Assembly (NCBI GenBank): GCA_010093605.1
Contig: MU004202.1
Span: 321,560 to 385,559 of the forward strand
DNA: 64,000 bases
Reading direction: 5' to 3'
Source of the DNA: Lophium mytilinum
Taxonomy: Eukaryota
In this document: one piece after another, positions 51,984 through 64,000 of the stretch
Layout: every line of letters starts with the position of its first letter
How positions within the stretch are numbered: the first letter of the stretch is position 1
Notes under the pieces: model-generated
Database searches by the model: none
What the model saw: the letters and a program-made list of their open reading frames with translations, nothing else
Told to the model about the DNA's origin: nothing
Position numbers and translations under genes: made by a program

Positions 51984-53315
51984 CTAAGACGCGCAAGTCA
52001 CAGAAATATTATCAATAAAGTAACTCGCGTCCGAGTCCGAGTGATACTGCAGCTGAATCTGGAGCGCCGGGCTATCGCCATTTGTCGTAACCGACCCCGA
52101 AAGAGTTGTGAAGGAGCCCGAATTGCTGAAAGTGTCGACGCAACTCATGCCACCAATAGTAATTGACACCTCAGTGTCGAATTCGAACTGCCCTGCAGTG
52201 TGATAATCTATCGAACAGGAAACAGGCGTTCCCGCTGGCAGACCTGTGAGCTGTTGGGTTATGACGAGGTTGCCGTCTTGGGCTTCATTGGTATTGATTT
52301 GGAGTCCATACGCTCCACTGGCGGCGGCAGCGGCCGTTCCCGCGTCGTTGGTTACGGCATCATCTCCGTAGTTGGTGACTGTGAACGGCGACAGGCTACC
52401 AGTCTCGAAGTCGCCATTGGTGACATACTGAGTGCCGCTGGTGCAGACCGACGGTGTTGCTGAGGCTACGCTGGAGGTGGATGATGGAGTCTCGACAGAA
52501 GTTGATGAGGCCGAGTCCGTTGAGAGGCTAGAGGACGACGCGGAAGAAGACGAGGAGGATGAGGAGCTTGAGCTTTCAGAGGAAGATATAGTTGTCGAAA
52601 CAGGGGTACTGCTGCTTGCCGAAGGAGTGGCTGAGGAAGCAGATGAGCTCTGGGAGGCAGATGGGGTTGACGAAGCCGTGCTGCTTGGCGAAGGAGACGA
52701 GCTTGTCGTGGTAATGCTACTCGTCGCCGATGAACTGCTAGATGAGGTGGAGGACGAACTCAGTGAAGAACTCGTGCTGTGTGTAGTTGAAGAACTAGAG
52801 CTGTGCGCCGAAGAAGAACTCGTGCTATGCTTCGTGGTTGACGAGGACTTGGAAGAAGTCGTGCTATGCTTCGTGGAAGACGAGCATTTAGAAGAACTCG
52901 TGCTGTGTTTCGTGGAAGAACTCGTGCTATGCTTCGTAGTTGACGAGTGCTTGGAAGAGGACATCGGGTTGCAAAGCCCGTACCCGACCTGGCATTTAGG
53001 GGGAGCGCAGTATTCGGACGAGCTTCCGCAATGGTGGCAGTCTGAGCAGCAATTGCCCCATTTCGAACCCAGGCAAGTTGTTCCGCCGAAACCAGCACCG
53101 CACCTGCCGTCCTTCGAAACAGGTTGGCTGTGTTTTGCAGGCGCGGAAGAGCTGCAGCGCGTTGATGTCGAGAGAGTAGTGCCGTGTTTGGTGGTGGAGG
53201 TTGAGGAACTGGTATGATGCGGAGCGGACGATACTATCGCTTTCGAAGAGACGCGAAGTGCATCAATTCCGAGGCCAAAGAGGCACACTGCCACGATCGA
53301 AAGGTGACAACGCAT
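51984..53315 (-). CDS. Secreted protein: hevein/CBM18-like domain, Ser/Thr/His-rich linker, C-terminal galactose-binding-like (CBM4/9-type) domain
   Basis: Signal peptide MRCHLSIVAVCLFGLGIDA; VSKDGRCG..GTTCLGSKWGNCCS...CGSSSEYC...CQVGYGLC; repeated TKHSTSSS units; VTNGDFETGSLSPF motif. Confidence 0.88.
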   Translation of the reverse strand: MRCHLSIVAVCLFGLGIDALRVSSKAIVSSAPHHTSSSTSTTKHGTTLSTSTRCSSSAPAKHSQPVSKDGRCGAGFGGTTCLGSKWGNCCSDCHHCGSSSEYCAPPKCQVGYGLCNPMSSSKHSSTTKHSTSSSTKHSTSSSKCSSSTKHSTTSSKSSSTTKHSTSSSSAHSSSSSTTHSTSSSLSSSSTSSSSSSATSSITTTSSSPSPSSTASSTPSASQSSSASSATPSASSSTPVSTTISSSESSSSSSSSSSSASSSSLSTDSASSTSVETPSSTSSVASATPSVCTSGTQYVTNGDFETGSLSPFTVTNYGDDAVTNDAGTAAAAASGAYGLQINTNEAQDGNLVITQQLTGLPAGTPVSCSIDYHTAGQFEFDTEVSITIGGMSCVDTFSNSGSFTTLSGSVTTNGDSPALQIQLQYHSDSDASYFIDNISVTCAS

Positions 53316-54662
53316 GACTGAAGATGTTTGTTGCAAATTGTGACTGGTCGGGATATTAAACGAAAGTGAGCGCCAGCTACGATCACGAACTTGCGAACGG
53401 ATAACAAGGTAGGAATCAACGAAAGACTGCGAGACAAGAGAGTAAAAGAGTGTTGCCAACCTCCAAATAAAAGAGAATGTCCTTCACATCATTAGCGATC
53501 CTACAAGGGTACCATGAAATAAGTCGGTGTTGATTTATCTAGCCTCATTTTAGTAACGATTTGCCCGTGGCGTCGCGTGGCAGTCATGACTGCTTTGGGC
53601 TTAATTGAAGCCTAGCTGATAGAATGGCTTTGTGGCGTCTGGCTGGAGTGTCTTTAGGCTCAGGGGTGGTAGGACGCCTTGCTGCATGCAGGACGCTCTC
53701 CCGTCCTGTGGGTAGCACCTTCTTTCATCTACATACAGCCTCTCTTTGCGTCCGGTGGTCACTCTCTAATACCAAGCCACAAACTTATCTTATATGGGAG
53801 CAGCTCCGAGCGCTTTTAGAGGGTAATAGCACCCTTCTGGCCAACCAATCCTCGAGTTGCTTCTGTGCTAACCCGGAAAAGAGCAATACCGGGATCGCCT
53901 CAGTTTAGCGCTGGGTCACCGGACGCAAAGAAAGGCTGTACACCCAGAACAGTCACGACACGGCATGCATTCCATGATGTTCGGAAAGCCCCTTTACGGT
54001 AGACAACGCGGCCGTTGGGATTGGCCAGACGCCATACAGGGACTCGTGGATGTCTCACGATCCTGTTGTAGCTACCCTTGTAATGTGGCGCAACTAAAAG
54101 CTAGAGGCGGACGCCACAGCGGAAGGACGGGTGTGGCTCCCTAAAAGTCAATTTAGTGCCCTACCTGAACCACATTTTGGAATTCTGCGATCTTAGTCCT
54201 CGAACCTGATAGAGAAACTCGAACCCGGGCGATCGTACTTACTACAGGCTTTACAAAGAAGGGCTGGAGCTACACAGAGAAGGTAGGCCTTGCATTGCAA
54301 TCACTACGAACAGCACACAAAATGGGTAGCGGGCTGCAAAAGAACAATGCCAGCTCAAGGTAACGAGGAACTATTACTTTGAAGCACTTCATCAATATCC
54401 TGCGGTCGGAAGCGCAATAGCTGCCATATGAGATACCATTTCATAAGAATATCGGCAGGCTTAAACCCTATTGACAAGCACCTCATCTGCCACTACAACA
54501 TGATCGCCACCCTTCTCCTACATACAGCCAAGCGACTCTCATGATACAAACAGCAGCACAATGCCCTCGCCACATCGACCAATCCTGAAATGGATTTCAT
54601 CCCTCAACACCCCCGGGCAGCGGCTCATCAGACCCCCAGATCCCCTCATAGCCCCGCAGTAC

Positions 54663-56531
54663 TCAGCTCGCGAACCTAAAGTCCAGCCTCTTATTCCCCT
54701 TATCCTCCGTCGTACTCAGATACTGCAACCGCTCCTCCCTCGACATCCCATTCCACTTCTCATCCCTCTGCTTATTCCGCCTCACATAATACGCTTTCGA
54801 CGCCACAAATAGCACGATGTTCCACGCCACCAACCCCAGTAGCACCTTATTACCCTTATAGTAATACGGCTTGTCGTCCGCACGGTAGATTTGGCTCGAA
54901 ATGATATTTGACGTCTGGACGCCCATGTTGTACAGCGACGACGCGACAGTGCGCGTACGCACGGTGCCGGCGTTGCGCGAGGCGAGCGCGACGAGGACGG
55001 CGTGGGCGTAGGGGTAGCCGATGATCATGGTGGTGATGGTCCATTTAGCCCAGTTGGAGCCGGGGAAGACGGCGGGCAGGGTCTCGAGGGCGATGAGGAG
55101 CGGGAGGACCCAGATCTGCGAGATGAGACCGATCAGCATGCGCTGGTTTAGCTTTTCGGAGACCCAGGTCCAGAATAGCAATTGCAAGATGAACAGCGCG
55201 TAAGCAGGGATTGTAAGTAGGTTAGTCTGGAAGGTGTTGAAGCCGAGGGCTTTGCATGTCAGAGTGATGTAGGTTGTCTCCGGCGTCATGGGCACTTGCC
55301 AGGTGAGGCCGAGGAGGTAGATGGGCCACATGTCGTAGTCGGTCAGGGAATTCCAAAGGGCGCGAAAGGAGAGGCCTTGGCGGTTGTGCATGGTGGCCTT
55401 CCCGGGGTCGTCGAGGAGGATGCGGGTGACGAGGATGTATTCTTCGCGCTCGGTGAACCAGCCGTGTTTAGGACGGAGAGCGCCTTTGAGGCCTTTTCTG
55501 CTGGTCTGGGTTGGTGATGCGGGGAGGTAAAGCCAGGTGAGAATGCCGATGAACCCGGTCAAAGATCCCTCGATGGCGAAGAGGTAGCGCCATCCTGCTC
55601 CAAGACCGGTGTGGTGGCGCAGGTGGAGGATGCCAAACGCAAGAAAGGCGCCGACGATGGAAGTGCTTTGGTACGCAGTCCAGAACCAGGACAAACGTTT
55701 GGGGAGCTCGGCATTCTTGTAGTAGTACGACAGGTACAGGATGACATCCGGAATAAAACCTCCTTCGATCAAGCCCAAAAGGAAGCGGCAGATGTAGAAG
55801 GTTGTACGGCCGTTCAGACGTGCTTGGCTAGCAGCCACTATGCTCCAGGCTACCATTTGAATGGGGATCCATACGTCCGGCCCCAACTTTTTGCTGATGA
55901 GCTGAGAGGGGAGTTCTGCAAACAAAAACGAGCAATAGAAGATCGTCTGGCCGTTGTTGTAGTCGTTAGTCGTGAGTTTAAGATCCTCTGTATTTAGTTA
56001 GTAGTGAGACGATGCGGTATGTACAATCAAACCACTACTTACTCAGCATAGTATCGGAAAGGGCTTGAGTAATGTTGCCACGATCAAGTTGAAGAGCAAA
56101 AAACATAATGCATGCTGGTAATGCGATGCGCCAGTCGAGCTGTCATCATTATTAGTTCTCAGCCGTAATGAAGAATAGTAAAAAAGAGCTGAGCTCACAG
56201 TTCTAACAAGTGCCTTCTCCTCCGCGGGGTCCCACTTAAAAGAGGGATCGAAGCGATGGGCGCCTTCATAGCCTTCAATGGGCTTGTAAATCTCTTTCGC
56301 ATCTTCAGTTTCCCAAACATGTTGCCCCAGTACTTCGCCAGCATCAAGCTTCGTGTCCGAGCTCGAATTTGAGACTGCGCCTCTTGCATACCCAGCGTTA
56401 GTAGAAACAAAGCTAACGTCTTTTCCACCTAACTTCCACCATGGGGTACTTTTGATTGGGTTGGCATCGACATTTCGAAGCTCGCTCCCCTCGACGTCGT
56501 GGATGTCTTCGGGATAGATTTCCTTCGACAT
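54663..56531 (-). CDS. MFS transporter, allantoate permease/anion:cation symporter (Dal5-like) family; introns ~56198-56140 and ~56042-55988
   Basis: LDWRIA..ACIMFFALQLDRGN, FAELPSQLISKKLGP, RFLLGLIEGGFIPD, WRYLFAIEG and terminal RLDFRFAS; canonical GT-AG introns. Confidence 0.92.
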
Positions 56532-57342
56532 GATGACAACAAAATAAGCTGAGACTATCCTAAGCAGATCTATGGCATCAGCGAGGTTATTATATCTGCT
56601 CCACGGCTTTCTCGGCGTCCGCCACAGACGTCGGCAATCCGTGGGTTGCGTACCGCGGAGGAGGTGCCAGCACTGCCCGCAAAGCCACAAGATAGATACT
56701 GGACAAGCTGACGGCATCTCAAATACCATCATAACAATTCATTGGTGGGATAAGGACTGGTAAAGTTACTTTCCTTTTTGGAGCGGATTCCTCATTGTTG
56801 CTCATTTGAAGACAAGATGATGTGACCAGCCCGCCTGATCGTCGCCAGGCGAGCCGAAGCGAGCTTCACAACATCACGAAACCTGGGGTTTGCCAGCGCC
56901 TAAAAAAATAGAGTTAGCAGAAATTGAGAAATAATACCAAGCATCCATAGGCCTTAGCTACCAGTTCAAGCACTGCTAAGCATTTCGAGACACGCCAGAG
57001 GTGGGCCCGCAAGTGGAGCGTCCTAGTATTCGCACAAGATCCAAGCCTTGGCCGTGTTGCCGGCTCGTGATAGTGACGGTCAAGAGCGTGGTCTAGCCGA
57101 GGGCGGGGGAAAAAACAGAGTGGCGCCGATGAGGACGACGAAAATGGCCATGGCTGTGAGAGGCGTATCTCAAGTTCAATCTGCAGCATTCGCTCTACAG
57201 TGATCTGGACTTAAGTGGCGCCCCAGCGGGGTTCTACTGAAGTGGAGTGCATTCGAAGCTCGCTCCACTAACTCCAAAAAGATCAATGCATAACACACAT
57301 GCGCAAATGTGCTATGTGGATTAGAACACTCCTGCCGCAAAC

Positions 57343-59469
57343 CTATCTCAACACAACCGTCATATCAACCGCCATGTTATCAAGCGGTTCACCCTCCATA
57401 TTACCATGCAAATAGCAATCACCAATGACAGCACGATGGCGATGAGCTGTATACCCAGGCTGCAGCCGACTTACGCCAGAGTCTTCCTCTCTGCTGATAG
57501 TGGTTTGAAGCGGCCGTAAAACGATGGGCACCTTCGCACCAAACAACAACCAGACTTCGTCGCCAGCACGCATATTCGAGGGACCAAATCCCATCAAACC
57601 TTGACGCGTGGTAAAAAACACCCTGTTGCATATGTTGTACTTGATGTTGTTTCCAAGGTGCGACCGGGTGTGCGGCGGAATATCTCCCAGGTCCCAGATC
57701 CATTCTCTCAGCCTGTGTAACTCGGACTCCTTTGGCCTACGCACCCCGCTCTTCGTTTCCGCAGACCTACATCGATCCCCGAAGGCACTTCTGAGGAAAG
57801 CCTCTTTCACGGTTCCGGACCCAGGGTAGTTCGAATCCTTGCGAGTGGAAAAATTGATGAGACCAGCACATTCGCGAAAGTAGGCCTTCATATCAGCCTC
57901 GCTCTCTGAGGCACGGAATACTCGACTGGTCGTGAGTACTTCGTCCACCCAAATGGTCGAGAAGCATAGGGTCATCTTGCTGCATATGCGGACAGATGCC
58001 GGTTTAGAAACCGCGGCTTTATAGTCCCATCGGTTATTGTTTCGAAAATCGTCTATTCTCTGATTAACCAGATTCACCGTTCGGCCGAAATTCTTCGCCC
58101 ATGACGGCACGGTTTCATGATCAATGTGCCTAGATTCATCGTATAAGATCGCAATTTGACCTGAGAGAAGAAGCTGTCGACTTAGTTTGCGATTCAGATC
58201 ATCCATTGGAATTCTGTAGTCTGCAAGGATGATACTGTGGTCCTGCCCGAGAATACCAAGTAGCCCATACACCTTGTCTCGGGGGTCACTGGCATGGCGG
58301 TTGCTGAAAAGTTGGAACGTGCGCATGAAATTCCACTCTCCTGACTCCTGGTTTTCGGGTCTGACGTTGTGCAAAGCCAAGAGGTTCATGTAGAAAGTTG
58401 ATAGTGTCATGTAAGTGGGCTGGCCGTGTGTTGAATAACTGAGTGCCCCATACAATCTCTCTTTTAGAACTGAACAGCAGGTGTTTGCGTGGCGGTGCCA
58501 ATTCATAGCCGCTTTCGTCACAGTGGCCCAGCGGATTTCCAATGATCCGCACATGATGATACCGTTCCTGGACAAAGCAGCTTCCTAAACTGTCCAGATC
58601 CGATGCCACCAAGAGCGACGCATCATTGCATTCAACGCTTGAATTGGCTCTACGAATCGACGACGATCGGTGTTTTCGGAGGATGTCAAATTGACGAAGC
58701 CGGGGATAGCGTTCACGTGACAGTCCTCCGCGAACATGCGGATGATTGCGAATGCTTCGGACATTCTAGGTCGGCGGCCATGCCATTCACAATAACCCTG
58801 AAGCTGGGCAATTTGCGGTCGAATGTGAGGTTCGTAGGCATATGGAGAGGCCAGCGAATCTGGAGAGGGACGACGTCCAGATGTAGGTAATGACAATGGT
58901 GTATGTGAAGATAGGTGATGGCCATACGAATATGGTGAAGCTAGCCGACCTAGACACAGGGGACATCCAGATACGCATTGCGATGATAGTCGATCTACAG
59001 AAAAACCATGAACGAGGCGATATCTCTCACAGACATCGTAATTTTCGCTTTCACACCATTTGTCACTCTCTTCGGACTCCAGTCCAAGCCATAGAAACAC
59101 CTTTTCACAGGCTTGGTAGATCCGACCCATCATGTTGACTTGCCACGACTTCTCGTCATTGTTGGCCTGATCGATGCACAAGAAGTCGATCCACAAAATG
59201 CGGACCTCCTCCTGTTGTCGTAAATGGCGAAGTGCTTGTGTGAGATTCTCCATAGCATGGAATTCCTCTCCGTCCAGGAAAATGACTTCCGTCGGATTGG
59301 GGTTTCCCCAGGTGTATGAAAGGGCGGAGAACACTGGTGCATGGTCCAATGAAACTACATGCGTTGTGCAGGAGATATCGTCGTCCCAGAATCCGGGAGA
59401 TAAAGAAATGATTCGGATTTCGCAACTGCTTGGCCGCAGCTGCTTATGACGGAAGGTCCTTGTCTCCAT
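57343..59469 (-). pseudogene. HET-domain gene interrupted by one in-frame TAG at 58585-58587
   Basis: ORFs 58585-59517 and 57343-58575 share a frame: ...WWHRIWTV*EAALSRNG...; motifs FSALSYTWG, WIDFLCIDQ, ASDPRDKVYGLLG, GDEVWLLFGAKVPIVLR and IGDCYLHGNMEGE. Confidence 0.85.
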
Positions 59470-60571
59470 ATTATACAAGGCTGATGAGTGTAAACGCTTA
59501 CATTGACCGTCTTGCAAGTAAGGCCGGAAACTCTCATAATGAGCTTAAATGGGTTGCTTTATCACTGTTAAAACTAATGCCGAGATCTTGGCATGGCGCA
59601 AATGTCTAATTGCGGATAGTTGATGTTTCTTGATGTGCCTTTCGGCTCGGATGCTTTGAGAAGCGCAATGACTTGGTGAATATGCGCAAGGACTCTCGCC
59701 GGTTGCTGGACGCGTCCTAAGGCAGATATGCGAAACTCAAAGACGTGGCGCTTAATTGATATTTTGCTGGAGTAGCTGGCGACTAGGCATGACTATACAT
59801 TCCTTGATAGAAGTTCTGCTATGGTTATTGTGAGGAGGCTGCGTGTCGCAGGCTTTCAGCGTACGATAAGGGTGCGGTGACTGTGCGACCGTGCGATCGT
59901 GCGGTCGCCCGTCGAGGGGTTGAAGCTTGCCGATAAGCCAGCTATGAATCCAAAGTAGAAGGAAATGTCACGGCCAGGGAATTTAGGATGAACTTGATGA
60001 GAATCGGATGTATTGACATATGATAGACATAGACTGACGAATCCTTACAAACACCGGGAGGGGACCCCGCAGGAGACTCCTCACAAGTCGTAATTTGGCA
60101 ATGAGCCGAAATGATCACGTGCTATACGAAACGCAGCCAACACGTCTAGGCAGTGCAACCTGTGTTGGCGTGACGCCTTGCATGCCAAATTCTGTTCGTA
60201 TATGCAGCCTGAATACCACACAAGCAAGGCTGAAGCGTCGGCGGGGAATCCGGCTCAGGGCGAGGAACGACATTGGCTCTAGAAGATGGACAACGCCATG
60301 ACGATGAGTAGGTAGTGTATCTGATTTTCAATCCGAAGAATTTGGGGATAATGTTTGTCGAGAAGGGGAATAAGCGTGGTTTGGAGAGAGAAAACCCCCG
60401 CGCCCCACTAAGCTAAATGGAGCCGCCCTAATATTGCCCCTCCTCTCGGCACACATTTCATGCCCACTGTTTGATATTCTGAAGTGGCCCCATTTCTGGT
60501 ATGCCAGACTGTAATAGTCATTCATGAATATATTGGATCTAATTTTCGTCATTCATCAAATCAACTTCCAC

Positions 60572-60665
60572 GGGCTTGTGGTTTAGTGGTATAATTTTCC
60601 CTTAGCATTGCATAGCACTGCGTACCGTCTGGGAAAGGTCCTGGGTTCGATTCCCAGCAAGTCCA
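60572..60665 (+). tRNA. tRNA-Ala(AGC) with 22-nt intron (60608-60629)
   Basis: Acceptor stem GGGCTTG/CAAGTCC, A-box TGGTTTAGTGG, anticodon stem TTCCC/GGGAA around TT-AGC-A, T-arm CTGGG-TTCGATT-CCCAG, downstream T-tracts. Confidence 0.95.
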
Positions 60666-63600
60666 GATGCGATTTCTTTTGCTTTTTGGGGACTCATTTT
60701 GCCTCCTTGTGATGCGTGATGGAATGGTGGTGAATGGAGGAGAGATTGAGGGGTACGTGGCGAGGAAGATGCTGCGAAGTTGGGCGGCATGTCGCACGCT
60801 TCACGAATTTTTGCGTAGCGAAGCGCTTTTCATACTTCATTCCAGAGACGTTGATTGTTGGCTAAAAATGATCGGAACGATGCTGTTCGTTCGTCAATTG
60901 GAGTTTCCATTGTTCGCGACGTTGTTAAAATTTTGGCCTATTCGCTCTCCTTTGCTTCTGAACCCTCTTCGCATGCAATCTAGCTAGACCTGCTTGTGCC
61001 ACTTGTACTCCATCATCTCCGCGTTCCGCCACTTCACCCGGGAAATACAAACGATGGACCAGACCCTCCGGCACGAGCGTCAGGAAGACCCGCCGTTCGC
61101 AAAATAAGGAAGGCCACAAATAAACGCTAGTCGAAGGAAAAGAGCAGTTGCGGCGATGGTCATGATCTAGATAGACGTGTCTAGAATAGTGGAAAGGTGT
61201 CAGGGTAGTTAGAGAGCTGGACGTCTTCGGGGAGAGTCTGGTCACGAGCGAGGAATGTGCTGTGAGGATGATATATGAACACGGAATCGGGGGAGGTTGA
61301 GTAGTTGCTAGAAAGGGCGGAGACGTTGGACAGGCTGCGTTGCGGGATGAGATGATCTGAGGCCATGCTTTTGGTACCGATCGGCACTGCTGCTCGTAAG
61401 TTTAGATGTAGGTTCCCGAGGGAGTATAAAGAGAGGAGGTTTCGCGATTTGCATGATGAGTTTGGTGACCTGAAAAGCTCACGAGATTTAAATGGTAGCA
61501 AGTTGAGGAGAGGTTTCATAACGTTGTAACGAGGAGCGGAGAGAAGGCGTTGTGATTTCGAAAGAAAGAGAATATATTGACGTATAGAAGAAGAAAGAAT
61601 TCCAATGAATTTGATTGAGTCTGTTGCATGCCTTTACGCGTCTGCTTTCGTCCGTTGTAAGGTTGAGTAAGGAAGAATAACGAAAAATTACCGCATTAGA
61701 GAATGAATAACATATCAGACTGACGGCAATCACTTCATTGCGATAGTAGAGAGCAAAGGACATACGAAATCTGATATGTATAGTCACGTGATGTATGGAT
61801 TCGGAGGGCAATAAGTTCCATACAAAAAAGAAGCCGAAGAGGTCAGGGAAGGCAAAAGCCTAACAAAATTATCATGGTCATGTCCAGCAGCCATCAGCAG
61901 CCAACATGGTCACCAGGCACACTTGTGCAGGAACCGACGGTTTCAGTGCTTGAGATCGAGCGTCTAGTAGAAGCAGGGTCCAAGTCCGTCGCACACTAGT
62001 GGACCGATCTTGAATCTTATCCCAAACTGCTTTGAAGATCATTCTGATAAGCTTCAGCTAGGTTTTACGATGCTCCGAGGAGTCCAATTGGACTCCATGG
62101 GCGAAAGGGGATATTGTATCAAGCTATACGGAAGGATCGTGCTCTCTGCCTTATTTTTCCGAAGATGCGTTCCAATTTTGAAGATTAGAAAGGATCGTGA
62201 TGAATTACATGGTCATAAAAACGAAGCACCGAGTGCAGCACATGGCTTTTATTGAAGATGGGGTGGAATGCCGTGCTCAGCACAACGGTGCCGTGCAACC
62301 GCTCTCCTTTTTCTCCGTTGCGAGATCCAACACTGAAACCCACTTGTGCATTGTGGCGTCTGCAAGAAGGCGTATAATTAGCCTCATCCCTGGACCCACC
62401 GCTACTCGGCAGATAGCAATCTTAATACTCTTGGCGAAATGTCACGACGGGCCGAAGCGGAGCTGAAGGAAAGAGTACGATGTTCAAAGCCATACACGAG
62501 CGTAAATGGGGGTTCTCATCTTTTTATACGCAGTATACGGAAGCTGAGATGCAGCTTGGAATAAGATAACCCCGGTATGTGCATCTGGGTGACGGGCCCA
62601 GCAGAGGGCCCGCACCTAGCGGGTCGGGGCAACACTCCGATTGCTTATTTTGACCTCCAATAAGGCCTCGTCTCATCTTATGCATGCATCCAAGGCTGGC
62701 AGCTAACGGCGCGTCAACTGGACCATTCGGATAAAGCGGGACGAATGCTATTTGTGCTGTGAAGGTCGCGCTGGGGATGGGCAGCCGACATCAGAACAAC
62801 TCATCAGCACCCTGCTGTGTGTCATGCTCCTGATCAGCAACCTCTCACCGACAGCCTGCCGACTCTTGCGTACCCAGGACCGTACGGCTGTCAGGTGGAC
62901 GAAGGCATCAGCATCGGCGTGGAGTCGTGCTCGCGACAACCAAGCTGCCGAGGGTGGAATGGAACAGGTCGGCAACCTCCACGCTGCACCAAGAGATTAA
63001 CGGCGCCGAGAGCGCCCAAAGCACTCGGGATCGTGCCCATCTGCCAGTCAGAGCGGTCGATTTCAGCCCGCCAAGCAGGACTGATGGCCGCCTTGCCGCC
63101 CGCGACTCTCTCGCGTTTTTCCCTTCACACGACCCACGACTCGTATCCCGCAATCTCTGCAGCCAGGGTCGGTCGCGCAGCCACACCTCACGGCGTCGAA
63201 CAACACCACCTGGGCAGAGCAGCAGCACAAGAAACGGGCACCTGCGGAGCACAGCCTGCGGTGCGTGGTTGGGCTCTGCGATATGCTGCCGTCCTGAAGT
63301 GCAGAAAGGGGCCCGTGACCCCATGTCTTGCCTGCATTCACGAAAAAGGCTGCAACCCCTGGCCCCCCCTCGGTGCTGTCGACTCACCAACAGCCTCGCC
63401 GGGCGCCGCGGCTAGGCTGTATCCAGGGCTGATAGCAGAGGCGGGGCCGTGTCATGGGTCTCGAAGCTGTGATGGGCTGCGCGTGGCGTGCATAGCGGAG
63501 CGAGATTGGGAAGCGCGAGATGATACGAAGGGCTGAGGGACGCAGGCTTGGGACCATGGCGTTTCTTGCTGGTGAGAGCCAGAGCGCAGGGGGTGCCGAC

Positions 63601-63853
63601 AAAGAATGTTGGGGGCTTATATAGCTATCGGGCGATGCTCCTCACAGCTTCTTCTTCCCTCTATCCTCGACAGCTACCATTCGATCTTCAACCCTTTTAA
63701 TCCGCAACCTATTCTAATATCTATTCACTCCTTCTCTTCAAGGTACGAACCCCTGATATTCGCTGCTAAAGCTATCTGCTCTTCGCTGTAGCTGTCAGAA
63801 TCTTGCTGCCTCATAACTCATCTGACACCTCCCAGCTCTCCCAATTCCACGAA

Positions 63854-64000
63854 ATGGCTGTCACCAAGGAAGACGTTCTCCACCACGAGGATGCTGCCAA
63901 GCACTCCGGCACCGCCGCTGAGACTTTCGCGAAGAAGGCCGGCCTCGGCGCCTTCAGCAAGCAGATCGGCGAGTTCGTGAAGAAGCTCGTTGGCAAGAAG
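63854..64000 (+). CDS. 5' part of a hypothetical protein (MAVTKEDVLHHEDAAKHSGTAAETFAKKAGLGAFSKQIGEFVKKLVGKK...), runs off the window
   Basis: AAAATGG start context, strong third-position C/G bias, TATATA at ~63618, CT-rich leader and a probable 5'-UTR intron (GTACGA...GCTAAA...TAG, ~63744-63791). Confidence 0.7.
   Translation, partial: MAVTKEDVLHHEDAAKHSGTAAETFAKKAGLGAFSKQIGEFVKKLVGKK

Noticed and set aside
52432..53217. 261-aa acidic plus-strand ORF
   Set aside because: Antisense shadow of the Ser/Thr-rich codons of the CBM18 gene.
54190..54290. B-box-like GGTTCGAG motifs on the minus strand (tRNA or SINE relic)
   Set aside because: No cloverleaf or convincing A-box could be built.
60925..61519. 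Two overlapping short minus-strand ORFs
   Set aside because: Could be a frameshifted relic, but no recognisable domain or splice support.
62817..63536. Overlapping 160-239-aa ORFs on both strands
   Set aside because: GC-rich region upstream of the 63854 gene with no motifs or coding-like composition; likely spurious.

Overview
Filamentous ascomycete (Pezizomycotina) DNA in three parts. (1) 1-5224: the 5' part of a minus-strand fungal NLR (HeLo-like/SesA N-terminus, NACHT, ankyrin repeats). (2) 5665-44483: a 38.8-kb AT-rich, RIP-destroyed block with no ORFs that resolves into eight transposons nested six levels deep, each with recognisable termini and target-site duplication (TSD). From outside in: a 575-bp Mutator-like MITE > a 772-bp TA-flanked Tc1/mariner-like MITE > a 5.1-kb formerly autonomous hAT element > [a 545-bp MITE; Gypsy A > (Gypsy B; Gypsy C > Gypsy D)]. 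(3) 44484-64000: a GC-balanced gene region with two HET-domain genes (one with a single in-frame TAG in the conserved WxxQE motif), two secreted Ser/Thr-rich Cys-containing proteins (one with a hevein/CBM18 domain), an MFS allantoate-type transporter, an intron-containing tRNA-Ala(AGC) and the start of a small plus-strand gene. Removing the nest leaves the first HET gene about 1.4 kb from the NLR. All calls come from reading and translating by eye; 'de-RIPped' translations are inferences and no database searches were run.
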